From positions 9,114,001-9,178,000 of the forward strand of contig CM120640.1 of NCBI GenBank assembly GCA_051362555.1: a stretch of DNA of 64,000 nucleotides. Direction: 5' to 3'. Source of the stretch: Lingula anatina. Taxonomy: Eukaryota > Animalia > Brachiopoda. The stretch's first letter is position 1. Each line of letters starts with the position of its first letter. Below are positions 28,321 through 45,720 of this stretch, one piece after another. Below the pieces are notes generated by a model. That model saw only the letters and a program-made list of their open reading frames with translations. It made no database searches and had not been told where the DNA came from. A program made the translations under genes and the position numbers.

Positions 28321-29016
28321 TAAGCTCCTGCTGAAATTCTACATGGGGACGTCTGTCATGTTCAGATTTTACTGTGATATTTTTAAAGATACTTTTTATT
28401 GAGAAACACATGATTTGATTTTAATAAAATGCAGAGAAGATTCAATTTGACAATAAAATATTTACTTCATTTTTCTGAATTTTTACAAATGATGAAATAA
28501 AAAAAACATTTTATCAGAATCTCTGTGAACTCTTTCTATATGAAAGCACACTGTGAAAAGTCATGAGACCCGTAAATTGACAAGTTGATCTCCCTTTTTG
28601 AAGAGTCCACTGGAACAAGGTTGCAAAAGCAACAGAGTTATAAATCAGATCTCTTGTATTCTGTGCCTTCTTTTTTTTTTTTTTTACTAAACTGATGTCT
28701 AGAGTATAATGTTTCTAAGATCAACAAACTATCACAATTATTAATTTTAATGCTTGTATAATACATTTTTGTGCACACCTTACTTATACATTAAAACTAT
28801 AATTGTTTGTATAGTAAATGAAGCAACATAAGTAACCAATGATACCTGAGCCTTGATAACAGAAAGACCTATTGATTGGCATTATTTACCCACTCAAGCA
28901 GTGATGAAAGAATTTTTAAATGCCATTAAACAAAAAAATTAACGTTTTTTGACAAATTTATCCAACTGAAACACTCTTAATGTCACAAAGACTTTTGATG
29001 CTATTTTCCGGAACTG

Positions 29017-31496
<2,480 letters not shown>

Positions 31497-31774
31497 TTTT
31501 GTTTACAAATGCCTTATTCAAGACTTTAGTTTCGTATCTGAAACTAACTTGGAATAAAGTGCTAGCTCTATCGTTGAGGATTTGGTGTCCAACAATGTAC
31601 GCCACATTGTGGAGGATGTTTTCCCATCATCCAAAGATAAGAAAGGGACACCACAAAAGTTAAGAATACAGGTGACCATCAGAAATTTTGTTTATGAAGT
31701 TCTAAGTCCAGATGGCCAGGTTGGTATGAGGAATATTAAGTTATTATCAAGTCAACTTGAGATCAAAATCCAAG
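31497..31774. promoter_or_regulatory. Bidirectional promoter between FDX2 and CACHD1
   Basis: Divergent start codons (31496 on -, 31775 on +) are only 278 bp apart; CpG-rich; both ATGs lie in YY1-like AAnATGGC contexts (AAAATGGCTGC; CAAGATGGCCGC). Confidence 0.75.
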
Positions 31775-34700
31775 ATGGCCGCTGCAGGTTTAGTTGTTTG
31801 GTGCAATGTTTGCATATTTCTTTTGGCTTTGCTATCTGAAAGGACTTGTTCTACACAAGATAAAGAATTTTCTCCCGGTGCTACGGAGTCTGACGCCCTC
31901 AAGTTACGAAATGAAGGATACACAAGTATTAAAACTCCTTCATATTCTAATGAGGACGAGTGGACGTATGCAAATTCAGGAGAGCAAGTTGATCCTAAGA
32001 AGATGCTAATGGGAGGAATTAACCTGCAATGGGAGGCACGGAAACTTATTTCTGCCTTTAGGAACTTAACCAACGAGGAAATGGGAGTAACATACCTGCA
32101 AGTGAGTGAATAGTTTTATTATATGATACATATCATATGACATTTCACTTATTTTGATGTAGTGACTAGTCGGCCGTGATGAGTGTATCGTTTCTAAGTA
32201 TCATCACTGTATGGTGCTTATTTCAAGTTATTATTTATGCAATTTTTGTATTTAGACTGATAATAGTTTTCAGTTGATTTCAACAGTTAAGGACAGATGT
32301 AAGGACTTGAATCCTAACTCTGACAAGTAAAGATGTTTGGGATATAATGGGGTGTAGTGGACACATAAGATTTACATGCTTCAAGGCTCTTGTCAACTGT
32401 TAATGGGTGTGGTGTGAAAACTGACTTATGATTATATCATTCATGGCCAAGTGTCATTTTCCTGGAAAAAAGAGCATAATTTCTGATAAATAACAAAATA
32501 AAATCCATCATTATAGCCAAATATTGGAATTTATATTTTTTTCACCATTTATTACTAACTGGTAAAAACGCCTTGTATTCTTTTGATAAAATATGACATT
32601 CTATTAAGTCAGTAAATTGATTCCATTTTTTCAGGGAATTTATGACTCACTGTCCTATGATACCACTGCAATAAGAGAAGAAGAAGTCATTAAAAAGGTG
32701 AATTAAATCATTTATATCAATATTTATTTTTGTATTAAGTGTACACAGAAAATAATCCAGAAAATGTGTCTTATTTACGTTTTGCTTACCAGTTGAATGT
32801 AATATTAGAATATAAAAATGCTGTATTGTATCCGTGTACACCCCATAAACAAATATTTCCTTGATATGTTTAGTGCTTGAGTTTGCATACCTTTAATGGA
32901 AACATGGCTTTTGATCTGAAAAAGCAAGGCACTTCATATGCTTTTATTAAAGAAACTATTATTGTTTGGAGGATTTTATTGCCTTGGATGTGTTTTGCTA
33001 AAATTTTTTTTCACTTTCAGCTTTCTAAGAAGTTAAAAACCAAGTTCCAGAATTATTTAGACATCCTGGATGCTGTCAAGAAGAGAGTAGAAAACCTGTA
33101 CAATTTCCATTTGCTACGCCCTATCACACAGGCTTTTGACTGTTGTAATTTGACTGATTATGGCTCAAGGTAAGTGGTTCATTTGACACGAAAATGTTAA
33201 AATTGGTAATAAGTGATGCCTTAATTGTGTTTCTCCCCATTTTCCCACTTGTTAATTTCAATCGTACATTTTGCTGCATTCTTGAAATATATTTAATGAA
33301 CTGTTTTTCTTTTTTTCAGCCCAGAGAACCCATTTTATACAAACATGTCTAAGCTAGTCACATGTGATTTTCTCCCGCCCCACTTGTCAAAAGATGCTTT
33401 CAATCCAGGAAGAAATCTCACAGAAGGTATTTTGACAGGACATGGTTGTTACCATAAACTTAGTTACATCCAGTGGAGGCTGACATAAGCAAACATGGTT
33501 TTTAACTTTGTACTAGGAAGAAAGATATCATTGGATAATTCAAGTTTTGAAAGTTAAGATTACTGATATTGAGTTTTTTTCTAGCGAGGGAAAAATGTAG
33601 CTGTCATATAAAGTTATAAACATTTCATCTATTGTATAACCTTAGTGTAATAAATAATAAACAATAATATTGTTGACACAGTATAACTTGTCCCTTCACT
33701 CTTACTTCGTTGTTTCAGTTTTCAAAGGAAATCAGAATGGCAACCCCCAACTAAAATGGCAGCTTATGTGGCAGTATTTTATCTCAGCCCAAGGTGTTCA
33801 CAATGAGTTTCCTGCACATGGAGTAAGGGAAAACTGTCCTAAGTTCTATGATGCTAGACACAGGTAAAATGGCTTATTGGCTTATGATGATCAATAGAGT
33901 AAAGTGACTAGTAGGATTATTCTGGTTAACACGGTTTAAAAACTCCTTCATTGGCAGAGGTAATGACTGGTGGGTTTATGATGATTGAAACCAGTTCAGT
34001 GACTGTTTTACTTCCACCCTTTGGTCTTACACAAACTTGCAAACATCATAAATGTAAAATTAAAATAAATAATGAACTTTAAAATAATTCTTAGTTGTCA
34101 TTGATCTAGACCAAAATTTACATTAGACTGACCATTTGAAAAGTTAGTTAAAGCAAATTATACAAGTGCTTGTTCTGTGTTATTCCACAACAGAGCAGTA
34201 AAGCTGACTTTCTAGATAGCCCATCATGTTCTGATTCTACTGTTCCAGGGACGTATATGTGAACACCTTACAACCCCAGACTAAGAATGTGGTGTTGGTT
34301 CTGGATCAGGGGAACTCCCTTAGTTCTAACCAGCTGAAGACAGTGAAAGCAGTGGCTAAACACCTGCTAGGGTCCCTGTCAGAGCATGACCGAGTAAGCA
34401 GAAAAAATTTTAGATAACATGTTGCAGTGTGTTTAGATATTATTTTATTTTAAAAGGATTATCTGAGTATGCTGTCAACTGATTGATTTATTTGAATAGT
34501 ATTACATCAGTGCATAGTTAAAGGTACATACGAACCGAGCATCGGTGGAGTGTGGATTCCCAGTAACACATGGAAACCACTTCTACTAGTTTCTTATACA
34601 ACTCAAATAAATTCGACATGCCAAGGGATAAACTGAATAGAGCACTCGATCAGCCATAAAAGAGCTTTAGACTGCTCCTTTTTATGTACAGACACAGATG

Positions 34701-37700
34701 TGTCTGTACATATAGCCATCATCTGCGTCTGTCGTCGCTGTCGTCGCCGCCGTCGCCTTCGCCGTGCACTTTTACCGATAACACGATAAGTGGAAAACCA
34801 TTTTACCTTTTGACTTGAAACTTGCAGAACTGATGAATATTCATAATACGCAGGTCAAGTTCGAAAATCAGCGTGATCGGGTCACTTTTAGGTAATTTAT
34901 GCTGTTTTTTCACTATTTTCAATATAAATGCAACACTGATAACACAATATAAGAAAAGCGGATTGGCCAATTGTAATTATACTCACAGGAGTGGTCAATC
35001 TTACTAAAACGCAGGTTGAGTTCGAAAATAAGCATAATCGGGCCATTACTTAAGAAGTTATACTGTTTTTTCACATTTCCTCAGATTCAATTGTTAGGCA
35101 TGTTAACAGTCTCATTATTTAACTAATAAGATGCCTAAAAGTGTTTGTTTGATATTTCCTGCATCTTTACAACATTGTTAGTTGATTATGTAAAAAACAT
35201 GGTAAACTTGTTATCATGTATTGTGTAATAAAGTGTCAAAAATGGAAATAAACTCATATCATTGCAGTTTGTCAGATTCAATCATCCACTATGTTCAGAA
35301 TCTCAGAATGGAGGAAATTGGACATTTAACACTGTTCTATTGATACTTTTCCCATCTCATCAATTTTCTTAGTTGGACATATAAAAATGGCAGTAAAATG
35401 TGTATTTTGTTTTATGTTAAAAAAGTGTTAAAAATGGAAATAAACCCATTTCAGAACAGTGCTGTCTTGTTTACATTTTGGCATTATCAAGGCGTGACTT
35501 TGAAGTTCCATGGGCCTGAAGACCTTTGCTAGTCACATTTTCTGAATATCTGTGATACAAATATTTTATAATTAAAAATTGATGGTCATTAAGCTGTTAA
35601 ACATTATGTAATATTGCATCAAAATTTGAAGAAACCCCCATTTTGGGCACTGCTTCCATGATGACCATTTAAGGAAAATCATGTCACTTACTGTTTTCAA
35701 ACTTACAGGATAGAAACATGGGACTAAAATACAGCTTCAGTAGGCAATGCAGTCTGTTTGGTTTTTTTTTTTTTTTTTTTTTTTTTGGCAGTTAAACAGT
35801 TTTTTGTGAAAATTTAATTTTTCACATATTGGCATTTTCAAGGTGTGACTTTAAAGTTCCATGATCTTGAAGACTTTTGCTTGTCACATTTTCTGAATGT
35901 CCATGTTACTAATATTTTATTAATAACATTTGATTGTCATTATGCTGTTAAACATTATGTAATGTTGCATCAAAATTTGAAGAAACCCCTATTTTGGGCA
36001 CTGCTCCTATGATGACCATTTAGGGAAATCATGTCACTTACTGTTCTCAAACTTACAGGAAAGAAACATGGGTCTAACATACAGCTTCAATAGGCAACGC
36101 AGTCTGTTTGGTAAATTTTTCTGGCAATTTAACAGTTTTTTGTGAAAATTTAATTTTTCACTTATTTGCATCTTTATTTTCTGTTCTTTGTCTGTACATT
36201 TGACAGCTTTGCTGCCTTGTTTAAATTTTTGGTCAGAAATTTAACCTACTTTCGTGACCTACTTTTCTGCCTCATTGACATACAGCATAGATTACTAGCA
36301 GAAAAATCCATGCAAACATCATTTTCGGTTAAAAATAAACAATGCCTTTTGGTAATTCTCTTAGTTATACTACTTCAAACTATATGTTGGCATTTGGTTG
36401 GTTTTTGTGACAAAAAATTGACTTTGTATGCATCTTTAATTACAAAACATTAAGCAGAAAAATCAACACAAGCTTAGAATTGGCATACCTTTCTAAAAAT
36501 TTTTTTTGGGGGGGGGGGGCGATTCAGCTGGATTGTATTAATCTTGTAAGTTAGATAGAAGGAACATTCACTTAATACCATGTTTACAACATTGTTTTCT
36601 AGGTTGGGCTGATAGGAGTATCTAATACAATCGGACATCCTCGGGATGATGAAGATCCGTGTGTGTCCAACAAACTGGTGCCTTTCACACTTGAAGTAAA
36701 ATACTACTTTGAAAAGTTTATCACTGAAGCTGTTAAACAAGATGGTAAGAATATTTATAAAATCCATTGACCGTATAAAATGTATTGAACTAGCAATGAA
36801 GGATCTTCTGGAGGAGCTATAACATAAGTAGAAAATTTTAACTTATTTTATGTTTGTGGGCAGTCACTTGTAAACTGAGCATCCACTAATGTTATAATTT
36901 TAGCTCCAACCAACCACTCCCTGGGGCTGGAGACGGCGTTCAGAATGATCAGAAGTACACTGCAAGAGCATGAAAATCAAACTATAAAGGGTGAGTTTAC
37001 TTTTGATTTTCAGCTTCATATAAACAAACACACATTTAGTGCTTTTATATATAATAGAATCAGTGAGGTGTGTTTCTGTGTGTGTAAGCAAGTTATACAC
37101 AGTCTCAGCATTTTTGTTCTCAACACCCCCATTGCATGAGGGTGGTTTTTAAATTAGAAAGAAATAATTGTATTCTAGAAGAAAGGCTTCTTGATATTTA
37201 TTTAAGAGATAAAACCACTTGTATATTTCAGAAGATGCAATGATAATGTATATCAGCAGAGGTCTGCTGACATCATTAACTGATGCCAAAGATGTGATGG
37301 AGGTGATAGCAGTGGAAAATGGGAAACTAGGCAATAAGGTGGTCATTAACACATATGCCGTCATTGGTGGTAAGTCTCACATTAAAACTAGTATTGCTTA
37401 CATATGTATACACTCTAATTTTGCCATTATCTGTTAAAAGATCTAACAAAGTCAAGATTTCTGACATGAAAAGGCAGGATATATTGTGCCTTCTGTGGTT
37501 TCCAGATGGCAAACCAGTGATGTTTGAGAAAAGCTTCTTGGAAAATGTGGCTAACCAGAATTTTGAGAAGTACGATGTCCAGAGCAGGCATCCACTGCCA
37601 GTTAGGGTAAGTGATTCATGTAGGCATATTCTGTCAGTTAGGGGGAGTTATTCATGTAGGGGCACCCTGCAAGATAGGGGGAGTAGTTCTTATAGGCATA

Positions 37701-40700
37701 CTCTGCTATTTTGGAGAAAATAGCCATCCTATTAATGTGCCACAAAATTGATTAATTCAAGCAATGCCAAGTCAGGTTTGAGAGTAACGCATGCAATATA
37801 TTTTTATTCTATTTACATTATTTGCATATTACCATTGACAAATGCTTCCTCTGTGTTTATAGAACACATGCCAATACACAGTGTTAATATACCAACTTTT
37901 AAAAAAATTTGCTTTCTATCTTCAGCCTGGGCAAAGCCTCTCTGTGAACACCACCGACTCTCTGAGCACAACAGTGGGTACCTTCTTCCAGGCCTTTAAC
38001 AGGTCAATAGAGGACAGGCCACGGTTCTCACTGCCCTATGCTGACCAGACAGGGGCAGGTAGGTGTGCTTCTGGGTTATCACCAGATACCTGTCACACTT
38101 TGAGGAAAAGGAACATTATCATATACAGTTTGGTTTTAGTATATGTGTTTCATTCAATCATGAACTGAGTTTGGATGATTACATAAGAATGAGAATTACT
38201 TGGTGAACATTATAAAGCCCCTTGCTGTCATACTGTCTATTACTCGAATATGACCAGAATATTCTGTGTACATATGGTGTTTTTCTACTCTGTTTTAGGC
38301 CTTGTCATGAGCATCAGTCAGCCATGTCTACACCAGGGGAAGGTGTTGGGTGTGGCAGGGGTGGATCTTCACTTTGGAGAGATGGTGGAAGACATCACAT
38401 ACTTTCAGCAAGAAGTATTTGCCTATGCATTTCTCCTGGATCAGCATGGTGAGTAGAGTTAGGGGGAAGACTATTTTACTTTGTCGTATAGACACTGAGA
38501 TACCAGTTCATGGTACACTATTGAAGAAAAATCAGAATATGATGCAAGTAGGCTCAAAGTATTTAAACTGATACTCTTGATTAAAATTATCAAAACCAAT
38601 TGCCAATACCCCTAGCCTTGATTATTTGTTGCTACAAGTAGATTATGATCTGTTTCATATTAAGCTGTATACTTAAGTGATACAGCCTGTACTGGTATAC
38701 TTTGAAAGATTGACAATTTAATTTTGGACCTATCAAAGTGTACCCCATCAAAGACCGTATTTTATACTGCTCAACCTGAAAAGGTTACATGATTGTGACT
38801 TTACTGTTCAGATTGAGCAGTATGCAGTGCAAAAACACAGACTGGAAACTGCATTAAATTGCCAGTGTCATAGTTTTATAGGATGTTATATCATGTTTAT
38901 ACAGTGTGAGAAATACCAGCACTATGTACATCATATTTTTTCCAGGTTACATGGTGATGCATCCATCCCTGTCCCGTCCCATCTTCACCAAATACCAGCC
39001 TATGCACACAGATGTCAGCCACTTTGAAAACTATGAGGGCTTTGAGAGGGTGAAGCATATGATTTTAAGGTAAAAGAATTGCATCTTGTGTGAAGCATAG
39101 TGTAGAAGAGCTAGATTTTATGGTCTTTTATACAGGTATGGAAACTGCATGTTTCAATTGTATTGTTTTTTGTCAGTCTGTGTAGTTTGGACTCAAAAAT
39201 GCTAACCCACCACTTCAACCCCTTATACAAATATTATGATAGTAAAATTGATGATGAGGATGATAATAACCTTATTTTTACTCACTTGAATTGACATTTT
39301 GTCCAAAAGAAAACAATTACATTCCAGTATATAACAGTTGCTTACTCATAAGTTTGTTAGCAGTGGTTAACCTGTCTGCTATGTTGTTCCAGTGCCACAG
39401 AGGGCAGGACCAGTCTGACAGTACACGCCAAGGAAAACACGCAGTCCAACCTCTCCCTGCTGCCTGATGGCAAGACTGTCATCTACAGATATCTGTGGAA
39501 GAGGGTAAGGAATAGAACCACATGTTATAAAGTGTAGTGCTTGCCCTTGGGACGTGACGACCACCTAAAGAATGGTGATAGTCTGAATGGAAATATTGAT
39601 CTAACAGGACTCTTTCGTTTTTTGAAATGCATTAAAGTACAAAAGATCTGAGAAACATGAAAAGACTAGCTAGAATTGTTCTAACTGAATTACAAGACAC
39701 TAATTGTTTTGGGGTTGAAAAATGTCATAGGTAATTTTTGTAACTTTTTTTCTTTTTTAGATCGAGAATACACCTTTCATCCTTGTTCTTAAGGTTGCAG
39801 TGGATTCTGAGTATTCTGGTGTAAAAAATGCACCAGGTAGGTATTATAAGTTCAATGAGAAGTAGAATCTTTATTTACAAATATATTTCTGGGGGCAAAT
39901 ACTCCCATGTATGCACTTATTCTCCTGAAATACAATGAATCAATCATAAATACCTAGCAGATTATAACATGTTTCACCTGTATTTATTTCAGTGCCCAAC
40001 TCGCTGCTATATCACCGCCTAGATTTGATTCCACATAATACCTGCATGCACCTCAAACAGCTGGCTACACTAGGTGAGAGAAATACTGGTACATGAAAAG
40101 AAAGATAGATAAAGAAAATTAATTTTTTGTCTTGTCTGAAAATTGGTTAATGAACTGGGTATTGGTTACAAAAATGTGATATATGGATTCGTAGTCTGTA
40201 GCAGTTTTAACCAACCCACGGAAATGTGTTTAATTTCTTATAGTTCTTACAATTCATATTGAAAGACAGTTGACAGAGTTTATGTATATTGAATCCTGTA
40301 TATTTTTGTCTTTTGTAGAGGCCAGCACTGTGTTCCTCTCAGCATCAGCTTTCACCAGTCCCTTTGAACATCTCAATAAGCCAGAGAATAAGAAAGATGC
40401 CAAGGAAGTGGTACAGAGTTATGTGGCATATCTTGGAGATGATACAAAACTGATAGCTAATCCAGGATTAAAGGTAATCTCCTGAACTTCTTTGAAAAGT
40501 TTCAGGATTGATCTTGTCATGACTTTTTAGATTTTAACTTAACCCAAAGAGTAAGTGTTGAGTGTAACTAACAAGTTTTGAATCAAAGTCATATGAGGGC
40601 TTTAGTGAAATTATTTTAAAAAAAACATTATTTGAAAGCAATTATCCTGTTTGCCGTGCTGCATTTCCATGATTTCTCTTTCCTCTCCTCACAGCCTGAG

Positions 40701-43700
40701 GTAAGAGATGATGTGGCTGCAGTGTCCAGAATCAACTCACAGTGGCTGCAGCAGTTCAAGAAGAGCAAGCTGAATGATTACATTGTCAGAAGGTAGGTGT
40801 TCTGTCTTGTTTTTGCTTTTAGAGATGACCTTGTAGCAGTCACAAGATCTAGCCTCAGTATTATGTTCACAGGAAATGGCTGAGAGTTTCAAGTGCATGG
40901 ATTTTAGTCTCATTACTGTATAAGAACGAAAATGATCTCATGTAGCAGCCAACACCAAAGTTCCTTACATTTTTGAAGAGTAGTTGGTGTGTTAAATTTG
41001 TATTTAATTTTTGTGTTGAATATTTCATTAAGTTTGTGTTCATTGTTTGTGTTAAATATTTTATTTCCTGTTGGATATTATAGATATGTGGCCACCCCAA
41101 GTGGAGTGTTTAGGCTGTTTCCAGGTGGTTTGATAGAGAAGAAATTTGACCCAACCAAGAGACCCTGGTAAGTTATTATCACATAGTCAAGATACATTAC
41201 TTGCATTTCTAGCAAAAATCAAGAACAGTCCCCAATGTTGTTTCCACTGCAAATGAATTTACAGAATAAAAATTTTGGGACTAATGTTTTGTGCCCAGTG
41301 AATTTAAACCTATTTTGATGACCTTCAACTCCAGGTATGAGCGTGCCATTGAGAACCCAGGCAGTGTGGTGCTGACAGAGCCCTACCTAGACGTGTATGG
41401 AGCAGGCTATATAGCCACCATAAGTCACACAGTATATGAGGGGAGGTAAGAGAATTATACATGGGCTTCACTGAACATACAGTATTGTTATATGATTTAA
41501 AATATGATTTTGTCAAGTTACTACTGTTTTGGTGTCATGATATAAGAACATAATCACAATAATACCAATGTGAAATGTACTAAACTATCACAGTACATCC
41601 AATCTGATGATTACTACTCTCTAGCATTCAAAACGAATGGCTGATTGCATTTTATGGTCACTGCTCATTAATTAAAATTCTTTTTGAAATGATCTCAACA
41701 CGACCCATCCATTGTATTGTAGACCTGGTGGCAAGCACAGTTCCTCTGACCGTATAGTAGCTGTGATGGGTATTGACATCACCATGCGGTATTTCTACAA
41801 GCTGCTCAGGGAGGCCATGCCACACTGTGAGGACAAGAATATAAGGTAGGCTGTGGGGGTTGGATTTATATGTCGCGGATTTTATTTGACATACTCATTT
41901 TCCTACAGAAATGTGAGATGTGATACACAAAAAAATTACTTAAAAGCTTTTGAGAATAAACTTTTGAGAATAAACATTCATAATTCATTTTTCAAAGAAG
42001 AGTAGCAATTGAATACACTACAGAATAAGTGCTTTAACATACTACAGTAATTTGGCAGACAATAGAAGGTTGATGGCAGCTTGCAAGTAGCTTTGTCTGC
42101 ATGGCAGAAAAAAGTACTACTCAACCCACTGGTTACCATGTGTCTATCATTTTTGGTGACTGTTTGAAACCTGGAACATTTTTCCTTTCCAGGTGTTTCA
42201 TTCTGGACAATAAAGGCTACCTGGTGGCTCATCCTGGCCTCATAGAACCCAGTGAGAATGGACCAGAAGAACAGAGACACATCACACGTATGGAGTCCCT
42301 AGTAGCCAATGATATACTACATCACAAAGGATTTGTGGAGAAGAAACTTTGTAACAGCTTCAGTGATAGGACCATTCAGAGATATTACCATGTAAGTAGG
42401 ATAGGATGGATTGTTGAAATACTTAAGAAAGGCATTTGTTAAACTAGTTCTTTTCTTTTGAGTGTGTGATTATCTTGGTAAAAAAGTCTTTTACGTTTTC
42501 TTTTTCTATTTTCAGTTTAACAAAAACATCACTGGTGTGTTGACAAATATGAAACATGGGGAACATTGTGTAAAGTATCAGGTAAATAAATTATCACTTT
42601 TTTATTGAATTTAAAATCATGTCCAGCATTTTGGTTGTGTTGTAGATAGACTATGTGTTTGCTTGTTGAAAAATATATGTGAAATGTTAATGAACTTGTA
42701 TTATTGTAATTTTTGTTCTTCTTGTTTTCTTCTTTATATTGAATATTGTAGGTACAAATCACACATAAATTGGTTGTTTCATTCCAGATAACTGCCATCC
42801 CTTGGTCTAACGCCTTCCTTGGTATTGTTAACCAAACATGTAACATGATGAAAGCTTTCTGTCCATGCAGTGTGGTAAGAAGACTGTTGTGCCATTGAAC
42901 ATAACAAGCAAAACTGGAGAATTTCATCATCATTTATTCAAAGCATCTGCACAGGCCATGTCTGATTACAGTGAAGACTTGTGGCTTCTCTCAACTGATG
43001 CAATAATAAAATGTTTTTGATCGTTAACTGAGATATTTTGCATTGGTAATGTCTTGGATTTTTGCAAAAACAACAGACACTTTCCTAATTTTTAGTTTTT
43101 ACTGACTGCTTACGTTTTTATTATTTATATATTTACAAAAAAGTTTATGTTTGTAAACTTTATATATTAAATTTTATGAAAAACTTGTGCTCCAAAAAAT
43201 ATGAATGAAGGAATGATTAAATCCTTAAATGAATAATGAATTTTCAAAAACGTAATGATAAAAAAATAAGGCAGGACTGAAGATTGTATATAATATAATA
43301 CATATGATATATTCACAAGGTTGATCGGAAATGCCTGAACTGCAAGCGTATGGAGCAGAGTGAGTGTGAGTGTCCCTGTGAGTGTAAACTAGAGATGGAC
43401 TTCTGCACTGGGGACCTGCTGAGTGATGAAGACAGGTGAGTGGTCTGATGCCTCTGAGAAAATATTCCAAATGAAATAAAAATTCGGGGTGAAATGTACA
43501 TGGACATTTGCTGATTCTTTGTTGAAAAAGGGCTTCATTAGCAAGATACAAGAAACACCAAGACATTTGAAGTAGTTATTATATTTAAGGATCATTGTTT
43601 GTCAATCAGTTCATAATTTTAGATATTAGAGTTGTTATATAAATCACCACTAATTTTATGGATGTTACAGTGCTGAAATTGTCTTCTTTCATTGAGACAT

Positions 43701-45720
43701 CGTAAAAGAACGCCCTAGAGAGCAATTCATAATGTTTTGAAAAACGTGCCAAAACGCACTCAAAACTTAAATTCAGTTGCATAAAGATTCAGATTTTGAG
43801 CAGGGACATTATGGAACAGGCCTCCCAGGAGAAAAAAATTGAAGATTGCAATAATGCACCAACAGTCCCTCATGTTTATGATGATTGAAAAACATGAGGC
43901 AGCCTTTGATCAGCTACATGATTTTTACTTAAAATGTGTAAATATATTTAAACAGTATATCAATGTATCCTGCAGTCTGTATCATTGTGTACCTTGCAGT
44001 AACCCTAGCTGTCCGCGGCATGCAGAGCCTGTGTCCCTGGTCACTATCCCTGAGGAGGTGAAGGCCAAACTGCACCAGTGTGTGCCCACCAACTGTGGGG
44101 ACAGGAAGACTGAAAAGTAAGGCTGAACTTGGGGCAGGGTGAAAAATTGTGGTGTCTTAATATTTAACAGATTAATAAGTGAAATGAAGTTATATATATT
44201 GTGTGTGTGTGTTTGTGCAGTTTAGACATGTATAGAACAGTATTAGATGCTGGTTACTTGTGTGACAATCTTTATAAGTGAATTTTTTAAAAACTTGCTT
44301 TGTATTTAAAAGAAAAGATATTAATGTGCAATATATTGATATGTTCCCAGGGACTGTTTTGGTGTCCTCAACTGTGAATGGTGTGTGAGGGAGAAAGACT
44401 TCAACACCCTGCTGAAGAAGCCATTTTGTACCAATCAAAATGTCTGCTTTGGTGGTGTGCTGGGAGCTGCCACTCCTTATGGTGATCAAGTCAGAGGTGA
44501 GAGCATTTTGATGTTTTAAATATATAAATTTATGTTCCAAAGTGCATTTTTCATTCATTCTCATAATTAAGTCTCACTGTTGTTGAATGTTAATATACTA
44601 TTACTTGGCATGGTGTATACAGTTCCCATAATTCTTTAATTTCATTTTGCTTATATTGCTTTAATTTTAAATAACCAATTCATTTAATGTAGTGTTCATT
44701 ATCAAATTCACATGGGTAGATGGCAGTATGGGCTTTTTTAGAAAAAAAAAAATTTCAGCTGTTGACAAGAACTCTTTCATCAACACGTTCATTCAGCATC
44801 AGGTTGAACAGTTAGTACACTTTCCATTTTTAGTGGTAACCCAGGAAGATGAAAGTATATTAGGTAAGACCACCCCTGTGGGTCCAGTAGCAGGGGGGAT
44901 CATGGGTGTGTTCCTGGTCCTAGTCCTGGGGATCTACTGCTACCGTCACCATGTCCACCGCACTGGTCATCAGTATGTCACTGCAGTGCCAGACACTCAG
45001 GTCAGGATGTCACAGCTGGACAATGAACCTGAGGAGCTTGAACCTGAAGAGATTGGCACAGGTAGAGTCTTTACTTTGTTTGTCATTGATCAGTACTATT
45101 TTATTGCTAACACATAACACAGTGAAGCTGAACTGTTTTCTTTTATTACTGCTATCAGTAATTCTATTTCATAATGACAAAGTTCAGAGCAGTGGTGGTT
45201 GTAGTAGGATCAGGAATTATTTCACAAATAGCGTCTCATGTGGGTTATTTATTTCATAATCATACAGTACTAAATTCCTTTCTTATCAGGTCACACCAAC
45301 ATAGTCTTAGCAACATTTGACACACCTGCCAGTATTTCTCCATATAGAGTGAACCCTAACTACAGACGACCTCCAGCAGGGGGCGATAGTGATCACGGCT
45401 ATAGCACCATGACTCCACAGGATGACAGTGAACAGGCCAGCATGACCTGCATTGAACCTCTGATTACAAACAAAGACAGAATAAACAAATACAAAGCACA
45501 GCAATATATTGGGACGAGATTACCCACAATCCCTCCGCCTCCTCAGTCTGCTCATAGGCGTAGTCGCAGCACCAGCAGAAGTCCTACACCAGCACAGCAA
45601 GGAGGGACTTTGTTACCGGACGATATTTGTAAGCCTCCAGTTAGTGAACAGACAATACTACCTCAGGATCCACACTGCGTGATAGCTCCCGTCACAGTGC
45701 ACATGGTGGATACACATTAG
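31775..45720 (+). CDS. CACHD1: VWFA and cache domain-containing protein 1 (alpha2delta-like), 29 coding exons
   Basis: Exons 31775-32101, 32635-32697, 33021-33169, 33320-33426, 33719-33863, 34249-34393, 36603-36744, 36904-36990, 37232-37369, 37506-37606, 37926-38058, 38299-38448, 38946-39069, 39393-39504, 39761-39836, 39993-40073, 40319-40473, 40695-40792, 41084-41167, 41335-41445, 41723-41845, 42193-42391, 42516-42581, 42788-42874, 43320-43435, 44000-44116, 44351-44496, 44834-45061, 45290-45720. Signal peptide; VWA with variant MIDAS (VLVLDQGNS); cache motifs FDPTKRPWY and EPYLDVYGAGY; CECPCEC; TM VGPVAGGIMGVFLVLVLGIYCYRH; cytoplasmic DSDHGYSTM; end APVTVHMVDTH*. Confidence 0.93.
34679..36222 (+). 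mobile_element. Non-autonomous Helentron-associated element (HINE / pearl / DINE-1-like) in CACHD1 intron 6
   Basis: 5' T-run, then palindrome ATGTACAGACAC-agat-GTGTCTGTACAT (34684-34711), a (GTC/GCC)n microsatellite (~34730-34765), internal tandem cores (~160-bp pair at ~34848/35010; ~350-bp pair at ~35476/35827), 3' subterminal repeat TGTCTGTACAT (36189-36199), short hairpin GACAGC-ttt-GCTGCC, and terminal TTGTTT. Confidence 0.75.
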
